Of a DNA stretch of 64,000 nt, positions 46,385-56,551 are shown piece after piece. The DNA is taken from the NCBI RefSeq assembly GCF_001447785.1, contig NW_015165842.1, forward strand, positions 858,499 through 922,498, in the 5' to 3' direction. Every line of letters begins with the position of its first letter. Within the stretch, counting starts at the first letter, position 1. A program made the position numbers and the translations under genes. Source of the DNA: Gekko japonicus (Eukaryota). Below the pieces are notes generated by a model. It was not told the origin of the DNA and did no database searches. It saw nothing but the letters and a program-made list of their open reading frames with translations.

Positions 46385-46697
46385 CAGGGCTCTAGTCGGG
46401 GGGGAGCTCTCAGGTACGGAGCTCCGGAAGAGAACCTCTAGGGGGCGGGGCGGTCACGTGGTGAAGCCCCGCCCCCTTCTTTACCCCGCCCTCTGCTTCA
46501 ATCCTCATTCCGTTTGGGAATGAGGATGAAGCAGGAGGGTAAGTAGCCGGGCCTTCTGACACACTTCCGGTGATGTCAGGGGGTGTGGCCTTCTGTCACT
46601 TCCGGTGATGTCAGGGGGCGTGGCATATGCAAATAAGTTATGCTAATGAGTTATGCTAATGAGCTCCGGCAGCTCTTTTTCTACAACAAGACCCCTG
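46385..46697. mobile_element. hAT non-autonomous element carrying ETS/ATF/octamer motifs
   Basis: CAGGG...CCCTG termini; perfect 8-bp TSD CTTAAAGC (46377-46384 / 46698-46705). Confidence 0.85.
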
Positions 46698-46711
46698 CTT
46701 AAAGCAATGGA

Positions 46712-46910
46712 TAGCCGTAGGCTAGCCAAATCTCATCAGATCTCAGAAGCTAATCAGGGTCAGCCCTGGCTAGCATTTGGATGGGAGACCTCCAAGAAAT
46801 ACCAGGATCATGACATGGAGACAATTAACGGCAATGTTTCTTGCCTTGAAAACCCAAACCCTACTGGGTCACCGTAAGTCAGCTGTGACTTGATGGCACT
46901 TTCCACCATC
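46712..46910 (+). mobile_element. 5S rRNA-derived SINE with RTE-like tail
   Basis: GATCTCAGAAGCTAATCAGGGTCAGCCCTGG.TAG.A.TTGGATGGGAGACC matches 5S A/C boxes; 11-bp TSD AAAGCAATGGA. Confidence 0.85.
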
Positions 46911-47447
46911 AAAGCAATGGAGCAATGTCCCCTTTGAGGCATTCACAAGACATACAGGAATAGAAACCACCTTATTTCACCAAAATGATAAAATAGCAGT
47001 CACTGGTTTGAGAACAGGAGTGTGTCATGTAAAGAAATGCAGCAGAGGAATGATCTATTTCATTCTTCACCTCTCTGCCAACTGCACATTTGGTATACCC
47101 CTTGCTAAGACAAGTTAAACTTTTGACCACTTTCACAATAGAAGCATGTTCCAGGAGAGGGAACTCATTAAGAAAAAGGAAGCCTCTTTTAAAATGGCAT
47201 ACAATTTAATTCTAATGGGCTGTGTTTTTATGACCTTAACTCTAGTTAGCAACTGTTTCCTCCACACAATGGGGAAGACAGCTCCAAGATAAAAGAACAA
47301 ATTAATTTATTTTGTTTTGCCTAAATAGATCCTTCCCCATTAAAAGTATTTCTTGTCCGAACTCAGGCACAAGAAAAAACTGCAATCCAGACAGAAATGA
47401 ACAGTTATCCTTGTGTCTATACATAGATGAGGGAACAACTCAACCAC

Positions 47448-47565
47448 ACTCCATCTCCCTACCCATATTTACATTTGATTTAAAACACTCCTTTTCACAC
47501 TCTCAAAAAAACTCCATCTCCCTACCCATATTTACATTTGATTTAAAACAACACTCCTTTTCACA
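47448..47565. repeat. local tandem duplication, period about 63 bp
   Basis: ACTCCATCTCCCTACCCATATTTACATTTGATTTAAAACA...CTCCTTTTCACA twice. Confidence 0.85.
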
Positions 47566-48959
47566 TAAGGGACTCTTGATAGCATACTCTTCCCTGTTTC
47601 AGTTTCTTCTCAATAAAATAGTCCGCAAACCACAGAGGCATGTTAGATTCTTCCAACCTATTCACATAAACAAGGGTTGAGAACCCATTCACCCAATACA
47701 GAAACACAACTCAAGATCCCAAAAGGTTCACACAATGAAGTTAACAGTTACATCATAAAATAGCCTTGACAATGCTGTCTTACACAACTGCTCTTTCATT
47801 TCAATAGCCACTCAATTATTCCAACATAACTTCATCAGAAAGCTAGATTCCAGGCACTAGTTCACCCATGCACATTTGTTACTTGAGTACTACACTTGTC
47901 TAGTATGCATGAACAGCAGTTCTCAGCTGCAGTATTTCTACCATGATGCATTAAACTAGAAACCTGAAGACATCCCTATCTAAATATTAGGCAGAGAGCA
48001 CAGCGGTTTCAAATCCAGCTGATGGAAGCCTGTTTCTCATTGACACAGACAGCCTGTGTCTTGAGGCTGCAGCATTCAAAGACTACGGAGTTGGGGCTCA
48101 CATGATGGAATGTTTCCCACAGCAAACTAATTCCTTTTATACCAAGGAACGAGGGATATCTGAGGGAAGAATTCTACCCTAGCATTACAAAGATCTATGT
48201 TTGTTGGTGCTGTTGAGCAGGGAACTCTCTTGCATGGAGAAACACTGCATCCTGTGAGCCCTCCCCACAGCCTCAAGCAATACAGCTCAGATACAAGCTG
48301 ACCACCTCAGTGAGAACTAGGAATCGTTCGCTGGAACAAAACATTGCTTAGTGTATTAGAGCTAGTTCAGGAAGCTCCTTGCTTGTTAATTAACTTAGCT
48401 TGAGTCCCCTGCAAAAGATCTTATCCTGCTCCACTACAACAGCAGGAGACAAAGCAGCAATAGCCACTCCCACTTTGAAAACATAAGTACCAGCAATAAT
48501 TAAATGCTGCATTTAATAATATCAACCTATCTGGGAATAAGTGCTCACCAGGAATACCTCCCAAGTAAATATGCAGAGGGTGGGGTGGGGTTGTACCCAG
48601 TTACCAGGAAACTCACCCCACTGAATACAATGGAACTCGCAAATGAGTAAACATGCACAGCCCTCGCTTCAACAGCAGGAGGACCTAAGGTTCCTGTCTG
48701 AATGGTGTCCTATTACTAAAGGTGCCAATCTCTTGTTCCTTCGACAGAGGCTTCACGTGTGGAAATGGGCAGGTGAAGGTTTTCATAGCATTGAAGTGAA
48801 TAAGCCCAACAAGCCTTTATTGAAGAGGTAGGACATCTTGTTTCTCCAGGCTACTCACAGCCCTACTACCGACTCCCATACAAGAACATCCAACAATCTG
48901 AAGTCAAGCCAAGGCAATCCTTCTCCTTAATGAACACGTTAAATTCGTTAACTCAAGGG

Positions 48960-49660
48960 ACTGGGAAGCGGCGCACAGGCCGGATGCGCCAGAAAAATCA
49001 TGGAGGAGAGGAAACAAAACCGCCAGAACAACGCCTCACCTTCCGTGCAAGGCCCCGCATGCGCACGACCACTCAGCCGCAAGCGCTTGGCTCACCCCCC
49101 CTCCCACCATCTACGCACGCGCACCCCAACTCCAGCACCACCGTCGCCTACCTTCCCCCATTTGCGCACGCGCAGTGTCTCCTCGCGCTCTCCTCCTCCT
49201 CCCCCACCTCAGTTTCCAACGGTCCAGGCCACACACGCACACCAAGTGCAGAAAATGAAACTTACGTGACCCTGCGTTGATAAGCACAATCCGCGCCCGC
49301 CGTTCTTACCTCAGTCGGCAACTGAGCCTTACGCTTTCACTCCACCCCACCACAAACGGCCAATGTCCGCGCGCCGCGAAGAAAAAGAACTGCGTAGAAC
49401 TCCGTTCCACACAGCTCCCCTTCTAGACCGCTAATCCACCTCACGCATGCGTCTTCCGCCCAGCGCGTGACGACTTCCTCGCGCGAGAACGTACCCTTGA
49501 AGTAGCTGCTCCCCCCCCCTTCCAACTATCGCGATAAATTGCCTCCGAAGCGGAGGGAGAGCGGCAGTTTCCGGGTTGCACTTCAGAGGAATTCCTAAGT
49601 TCTCGATGGTTCTTTGTTTGAGATGCCTGTGGTGTTTCTTCGCTTCTCCTCACCGGGTGT
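48960..49660 (-). promoter_or_regulatory. MATR3: MATR3 CpG-island promoter
   Basis: CpG-rich; NRF1-like GCATGCG / TGCGCACGCGCA, TCGCGCGAGA and TATCGCGATA palindromes, ETS-like TTCCGG. Confidence 0.8.
49310..49450 (-). other. MATR3: MATR3 non-coding exon 1 (5' end approximate)
   Basis: Strong donor GAG|GTAAGA at 49310/49309 inside the CpG island. Confidence 0.65.
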
Positions 49661-50760
49661 TTTTAAAAAACGGAACTAAAGCACAACAGTATATCGTTTG
49701 GGTTTCGACAGCTGTTGGCCTGTAAACCTCGCAATGTTGACTTAGAAATAAATGCTTTGCACACGAAAGCTCACATCTTGAATTAAACTTTGTTGGTCTT
49801 AAAGATGCCATCGGACTCTTAACTCTATTCTAGAAATAAATGCCTCAGTCCAGTTTGCTTGGCGTCTGGTCCCTTTACTTGACAGAGGATGCGATCTTCC
49901 GTGCATTTTAACTGGGGGAATAGCAAGTGGGAACCTTGGAGCGCTTCAAAGACGATCGACATTTTGTTCCCGCATAAAATTTGGCTGCCTAGAACCTCCT
50001 TTAGATGGGAGGAGTGGCATATTATGCAATAAGGGGAAAGGCAGGGTCAACGGGGCATGAAATGCAGGAAGCACAAAAGGAAACGTGACTGTGCGATGCT
50101 GATGATTCTTTGAGTCTGTTATTCATATAATACATTCCACATAAGACCCCTGCTAAGTGAGGAGTGACACACACTGCATCTGCAGAAGCAGGCTCTGTCT
50201 CGTCCATACAAGGTTACGCGGGAACCGAATCAAATCTGGTTAGTAAATACGATGAAAATGAAACGAGCCCAGACTAACAAAATGTATTTTTACAGGAACT
50301 CCTGCGCTTCTGTGTCATTCTGCTCCTACAGATTTGTCAGTGCAATCCTAGCAACTTTCTTGGGAGTAAGCCCGATTACATAAAAATGCAACTCCCTTCT
50401 GAGTAACCCTTTTTAGGTTTGGTTTCGGACAGAATCCTGGTTGGATAAATGTCACCGAAGGAAGTAATGGTATTATAACGCCAACCCTATTTTGAAGCCC
50501 TTCGAAATAAAACAGGTTTAGACTACACTAACTCTGCATAAGATCACACCGTTAGTCCGTTGCATCGAAATTAAAGAGGAATCTAGTGGCACCTTAGAGA
50601 TTTAGCTCACCACCACCTCCGCAAGCTGGCTTTTAGGGCACGAAAACTTGAAAAACTGCCTTACACACGAAACCTCAGACCTTGAATAAACCTTTGTTGG
50701 TCTTAAAGGTGCCACTGGACTCTAAATTTGTCCGAAAACTTATGCTGTAATAGTAATAAT

Positions 50761-51552
50761 CCAAAGGGATCTGTCAAAGATGGGCAAGTGGGCGTCAACA
50801 TGGCAAATGGGGTTCAATGTGGCCAAGTGCAAGGTGATGCACATTGGTGCCAAAAATCCTAAATATAAATACACATTGATGGGGTCTGAACTGGCAGAGA
50901 CTGATCAAGAGAGAGATCTTGGAGTTGTAGTAGATAACTCACTGAAAATGTCCAGACAGTGTGTGATTGCAATAAAGAAGGCCAATGCTATGCTGGGGAT
51001 TATTAGGAAGAGTATTGAAAACAGATCAGCCAATATCATAATGCCCCTATATAAATCAATGGTGCGACCTCATTTGGAATACTGTGTGCAGTTCTGGTCA
51101 CCACACCTTAAAAAGGATATTATAGCTTTGGAAAAAGTGCAGAAAAGGGCAACTGGAATGATAAAAGGGTTGGAACACTTTCCCTATGAGGAAAGTTTAA
51201 AGCGCTTAGGGCTCTTTAGCTTGGAGAAACGACGACTGAGGGGTGACATGATTGAGGTTTATAAGATTATGCATGGGAAAGAGGTAGAGAAAGAGGTACT
51301 TTTCTCCCTTTCTCACAATACAAGAACTTGTGGGCACTCCCTGAAATTGCTGAGTGGTCGGGTTAGAACGGATAAAGGGAAGCACTTCTTCACCAAGACT
51401 CTGTCTTCTTGGTGCTTGGGGGGGGGTCAACAGTGGGAGGGCTTCTAATGGTGGACCTCCTGATGGCACCTGGTATTTCTGGCTACTGTGTGATACAGAT
51501 TGTTGGACTGGATGGGCCTTTGGCCTGATCCAACATTGGCGTCTTATGTGTT
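50761..51552 (+). mobile_element. CR1 LINE 3' fragment (ORF2 C-terminus open at 50780-51448)
   Basis: WQMGFNVAKCKVMH...PLYKSMVRPHLEYCVQFWSP...SLEKRRLRGDMIEVYKI; CR1 3' end GGCCTGATCCAACAT.GGC.TCTTATGT. Confidence 0.93.
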
Positions 51553-51602
51553 AGTCTGTCTGTAGCAGCAGAAAAGAGCAAGAGTCCACCAGTACCATCT
51601 TT

Positions 51603-51648
51603 CAGGTTCTGAAGAAGCGAGCTGCGACTCACGAAAGCTCTTCCCCTG
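51603..51648 (+). ncRNA. minimal hammerhead ribozyme motif of a Penelope-like terminus, catalytic core intact
   Basis: CTGAAGA-A-GCGAG-CTGCGA-CTCAC-GAAA-GCTC; palindromic AGCT stem III; stem I imperfect. Confidence 0.65.
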
Positions 51649-52042
51649 CAGGGTTCATTTCCTGCCGGAGTGGAGCTCCTGCAGTAAGGAGCCCAGGGGG
51701 TGGGCATATGCAACAAGCCCCGCCCCCTGCTCCCAGCAGCCCTCAGTCAGAGCAAGAAGCAGCCAGGTAAGCAGCCCGGTCCACCGGCCCAAAACAGTCC
51801 AGTGGCACCTTTAAGACCAAGTTTTATTCAGGCACAAGCGCTCCCTCCTCTGCGAGGACAGATCTGCACATCCCCCCCTCCCAATAGCTAGCTATCCAAA
51901 AGTCCAGTGGAACCTGAGCGGTGGGTGTTGTCTTCTGACACACTTCCGGTGATGTCAGGGGTGTGTGGCACATGCAAATAAGTTATGCTAATGAGTTATG
52001 CTAATGAGCTCCTGCACCTATTTTTCTACGAAAGGACCCCTG
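51649..52042. mobile_element. hAT element of the 46385 family inserted into the Penelope terminus
   Basis: CAGGG...CCCTG termini; TSD TTCCCCTG / CTCCCCTG; Penelope sequence resumes after 52050. Confidence 0.75.
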
Positions 52043-52164
52043 CTCCCCTGCCACATATTTGGTTAGTCATTAAGGTGCTACTGGACTCTTGTGCTCTTTT
52101 CTACTGCCATAGAGCAAACAGTAGCTCCTTATTGTAGCTCCTTATTGTCTTTGATTCCCCCTAC

Positions 52165-52800
52165 CTGAGGAGACTAAAGGACCTGCTTTGTAACTGGCAA
52201 AACAGTACCGCTGGGCGACTTCTCGTCGGCACTACGCCTCCCGCCGGCAAGCACTCCCGAGTACCAGCAAAGGCGACCAAAACGCCCAAAGACACCACTG
52301 CCGGGCCTTGGGGGGGGTGGGGGGTGTCTTTTGGCGCAGCAATAAAAAGCAGAGGGGGCGTGGTTGCGAATGAGTGGGAGGAGCCAGCGCTCCTCGCTTC
52401 TCTGGAAGAAGTTGGGGGGAAGGGTGTGACGCGGCCGCGCCTGATTGGTCCAGCGCGCCTCCTGGTTGACTGTGGCTCTTTTTGCTCGGAGACGCCAGCA
52501 TTGAGGTAGGAGTGGCGGAGGGCGGTGCGGGGTCTTGGCTGCCGCTGGTTTGTAGGCAGCACCTTGCAGTTTCCCCCCCACCCCCGTTGGTTTGTTGGGG
52601 GGTTTGTTTGCCTACTCATCCTTCTGTCGCCTTTCGTGGCCCTTGGGCTAGGATCGCTGTGGGAAGGCAGACAGGGGCTGCTACTGCCCCGGGGTGAGGT
52701 GGTGGGCCGACCTCTGCTATTGCGGGCTGTCAGGAGGAGGGCGAAGGATGCGCTCCTTATTCAGGAAGGAAGTTATTTGCACGGGTCCGGCAAAGGAATC
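52165..52800. promoter_or_regulatory. bidirectional CpG-island promoter (SIL1 on +, SNHG4-like or upstream MATR3 exon on -)
   Basis: CpG-rich, GC box GGGGCGTGG, inverted CCAAT 52444-52448; outward-facing donors at 52505 (+) and about 52165 (-). Confidence 0.8.
52455..52505 (+). other. SIL1: SIL1 putative non-coding exon 1 (5' end approximate)
   Basis: Donor GAG|GTAGGA at 52505/52506 downstream of the CCAAT box. Confidence 0.55.
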
Positions 52801-53511
52801 GGAATAACCGAGTTAATTATCCAAACTAGGTAGTTTTGTTAGTCTGTAGCCGCGGAATAAATTACGAGTCAGCACCTCAAAGACAAATATGGTTACAGTT
52901 TATGCTGGAATAAACTTTGTTGACGTTTAAGGTCCTACTGCGCTCATGATTTATAACAACCTGTCTTTCCCCCTAGATGATAGTCATATAAACTAAGCTT
53001 GTTCCTCTTTTAATCTGTTAGAAACATGTTCATTATTCTGTATGCTAATTTACTGCCCACCCTCTATATGTATGGTTGTTGCTTTGATTTATTTAGTATG
53101 TTTCTATTCTATTTTTTTTCTCTTTCTCAGGAGCTTAGGGTGATCTCTCTCCATTTTTGCCCTCACAACAACCCTGTGAGGTAGGGTAGGTGGAGAAATA
53201 AGAGACACAGACTAGTCTTCAAGGCACCCAGTGAGCTTCATGGTGCCGTGGGGATTTGAACTGAGGGCTTTAGCAATTGTACCAATTTAGCTTTGTATGG
53301 TGGGGCTTTCAGTTGCGTGGTACAGTCCGAGCATGGGCTGACCCTATTCCTGGTCTGTAGATACTACAGTCCAGACACAGGGTGAACCCCTGCCCTCCCC
53401 CCTTTACAAGAATTAGGGTGTAAGGGTTGTGTGTGAGTGATTGAGTTTAACATTAAACTTTACTTAGTGTGTTTTGATCCTCCATTAAATTCAGGGTAGT
53501 GTGCCTGCAGC

Positions 53512-53717
53512 CAGCATTCCCTCTAAGCTGAGTTAGTGTGAGCTAGCTCACAGGCTTTTAGCCTCTGGCTCACACATTTTTGCCTTGGCTCAGGAAGGAT
53601 GCCTCCGGGGCAAACTACTTTATGCAGAAGCCAAATCACTCGCTCACAACTTTAATGCCAGTAGCTCACAAAGCAGAATTTTTTCTCACAAGGCTCCACA
53701 GCTTAGAGGGAGCATTG
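53512..53717. mobile_element. hAT MITE copy 2
   Basis: TIRs; perfect 8-bp TSD CCTGCAGC. Confidence 0.88.
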
Positions 53718-54074
53718 CCTGCAGCGCCCATTTTTTCTTCACAACCACCCTGTGAGGTAGGTGAGGCTGAGAGACAATGACTGACCCCAGGGAGCTGCAG
53801 GGCATCCTAGGAGAAATGCATTTGGTAAGAGGGGCTAAAGGGACAAAGTAGCCATGGTGAGCGTCGGTCGCTTCTCTGCTTTTACCCACATAACCAAAGC
53901 CAGTGTAGTGGTTAGTGTTGGGCTCAAACCCCTGCGTGCCATGGAGCTTCCTGGGGCTTTTATTCTGATGGGGCAGTTTGCCTGGAAGTGTGCTGGCATC
54001 CCTTAAAAGGCTCACGGTGCTGTGAATGTGGTTTGAGCTTTTTTTCCTTTTAATGTATAGCGGATGACTGTAGC

Positions 54075-54075
54075 A

Positions 54076-54136
<61 letters not shown>
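54075..54136. repeat. head-to-head (TAT)n(AAT)n microsatellite
   Basis: Direct reading. Confidence 0.9.
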
Positions 54137-54695
54137 TTGCCCTATCCTGACTTGCACCGAGCTCTGGGTGGTGTACCAGTATGGCATACAAACATTAAAT
54201 ATAATAAAATTAATAACATTAAAAACCTATTTAACACAAATTCAAGATGGCATCACTAACAGTTATACAATTGATAATGTGGGGTTCTGGATGGTTTAGG
54301 TCACTTCTTAAATTCATTTTTTGCTTTCTTTAGGAGGGGGGATGGGCGTGGGTGCCAGCCGTGTTGGAAAACCGTCGCTGTCCCTAATCAAAAGCCTGGC
54401 AGAACATCTCTGCCTTGCAGGCCCTGCAGAACTGCATGCGGTTCTGCAGGGCTCTAACCGTATTAGGCAGAGAGTTCCACCAGGTTGGGGCCAGGACTGA
54501 AAAGGCCCTGGCCCTGGTCTTTAGGGCTACGGATCACCAGTAAGTTGCTATCTGTGGAGTGTAACGCTCTCCCTGGGACATAATGAAGGAGATGGTCCCA
54601 TAGATACGGTGGTTCCAGACTGCTCAAGGACTTAACAGTTAATACCAAGACCTTGGACCTGACTCGGTATTCCACTGAGTGAATCCAGTGCATAT
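54137..54695 (-). mobile_element. L2 LINE 3' fragment
   Basis: LHW....YRV.SKVLVLT.K.L..L.P.YL.D.L..YVP.RAL.S. Confidence 0.8.
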
Positions 54696-55424
54696 AATCC
54701 GCTGCAACTGCCTAGCTGCCCCATTGCTGTTTTCTTCTCCCCTACCACCTCTGGTGGGAACACCCCAAAGAGGGGCCATCTCAGGCACTTGGCTCCAGGA
54801 TATGTCATTCCCAGCAGCATCATAGGGGGGACGGGTATGATTTTATTTTCTTTCAAAAAGACCCTGATTAGGAATTACAACACCTGGATTGGATTCCATG
54901 GTTGAATGACTGGAAGTAGAAGGCTAAGTATTTAAAATTACGTTTATGGCTCTATATAATCCAGTTCAACACATGGTCTCCCTCTCTCCCCTCCCACATC
55001 ACTGATTGCCTTTCTTCACAGTAAACCACCCCCCAGCTTTTTAAACTTTTTGTTATCACTAGCAGTGAGTGGATTTTGTCCAGTCTGAAAGCAGCACATT
55101 ATTTCACATGGAGAGATCCCCCTTTCCAGTTCTAATAGATCGGGGGGGGGACAACAGTGCAGTTTGCAGTCTTTATTAGTGGAAGGGAGCAAGAGTCCAG
55201 AAGTACCTTAATGACTAATAAAATTTGTTCAGGGCATTAGCTTTCTCAGCCCCTTAGCTAGGGAATTTGGGGGGAGGGGGCCTTGGGGGGCCCGCCAGCT
55301 AATTAAATCAAAGCACAGTGCAGGTGGTAAGTTGGGGCACTTTGGGGGCAGCCCAGGAGGGAGGGAGCCCAGAAGAAACACTAGGGGGCCAGGCCCCATG
55401 GGCCCCACATTAGCTACAGGCCAA

Positions 55425-55795
55425 GCTTTCATGAGTCACTGCTCACTTCTGGGGTTCAACTAGAATGTGAGTCCATCTGTCCTTATATCTTGGAGAGAGA
55501 GTGAAGTGATTTCAGATCCCAAATAACAACAGCAGCCATTAGTAATGAGAGAAGAAACCTAGGTTTCAATTCAGCCCAGGAGGATCAATGAAGCTCAATT
55601 ATCAGTTGCAATTCAGCAGTCTCTCTTTCTAATCTCCCTTTGAAATTCCTTTGTAAGAGAACTGCTACTCTTAGGTCAGCAACTGAATGTCCTGGAAGGT
55701 TAAAATGTCCCCCCACTGTTTTTTGAATGTGGTTTCTTATAGCTGTAGAAAGAGTAAGAGTCCAGTAGCACCTTGAAGACTAACAAAATTTGTGG
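55425..55795 (-). mobile_element. Penelope-like element with GIY-YIG endonuclease C-terminal remnant and degenerate hammerhead
   Basis: Minus strand about 55725-55600 reads VGGHFNLPGHSVADLRVAVLLQRNFKGRLERETAELQLI; GAAGTGAGCAGTGACTCATGAAAGCT at about 55450-55425. Confidence 0.8.
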
Positions 55796-56085
55796 CAGAC
55801 CGGAAGGTTGGTAGTTCAGCAGTTTGAGACCCGAGTGCCGCATGACAGAGTGAGCTCCCGTCTCTGGCCCCAGCTCCTGCCAACCTAGCAGTTTGAAAGC
55901 AAGAAATTGCAAGTAGATAAATAGGCGGGAAGGTAACAGCATTCCTTGAGCCTCGGTGTCTAGTTATGCCGGCCACATGACCACAGAAACATCTTTGGAC
56001 AGTGCTGGCTCTTCGGCTTGGAAACGGAGATGAGCACTGCATCCCTAGAGTCGGATTCGACTGGCTTTCAAGCAAGGGAAACCTA
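55796..56085 (+). mobile_element. Sauria SINE
   Basis: GTGAGCTCCCGT...CAGCTCCTGCCAACCTAGCAGTT.GAAAGCA...AGTAGATAAATAGG...GGCCACATGACC. Confidence 0.85.
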
Positions 56086-56344
56086 TGAGCCATGTATGTC
56101 CATTTATTGTTTGCATCCTCCTGGACTGAATCCTCCTGGGTGAAATTGAGGCCTAGGTTTCCTGTCTCATTACCAATGCTGATATCGCCATGCCTACTAC
56201 CCTTCTGCATATCACACCTAATCCAGTCAAGCCTGCTATTGCCATTTGGCGTCTGAAATCATCTTTCTAAAGTTTATATCTCTGGTACCACGTGTTACAT
56301 TTTATGGCACACCTGGTCTGGCCTGACAAAGTGACATTTATGTC

Positions 56345-56551
56345 AGATCCAGCCCTTGTAACAAATGACACCTCTGATTTGGAGGGTTTTCAAGGCAAGA
56401 GGTGTTCAGAGATGGTTTGCCACCGTCTGTTTCCGCATCACAGCCCTGGGCTTCCTTGGAGGTCTCCCATCCAAGTACTAACGAAGGCCAACTTTGCTTA
56501 GTTTCCGAGGATCGAGAAATTTGGGCTAGCCTAGGACATCCAGCTCAGGGC
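56345..56551 (-). mobile_element. 5S rRNA-derived SINE
   Basis: GTTAGTACTTGGATGGGAGACC on the minus strand; same body as the 46712 copy. Confidence 0.8.

Noticed and set aside
46712-46810. 5S rRNA gene (also 56440-56550 and 60910-61013)
   Set aside because: Degenerate, fused to a SINE body and in one case flanked by TSDs, so SINEs rather than rRNA genes.
47448-47565. Repeat-spacer (CRISPR-like) pattern
   Set aside because: Simple two-unit tandem duplication in eukaryotic DNA.
50780-51448. 222-aa ORF as a host gene
   Set aside because: CR1 ORF2 C-terminus from a 5'-truncated insertion.
52161-52833. Overlapping ORFs on both strands at the SIL1 promoter
   Set aside because: GC-rich CpG island effect; no coding signature.
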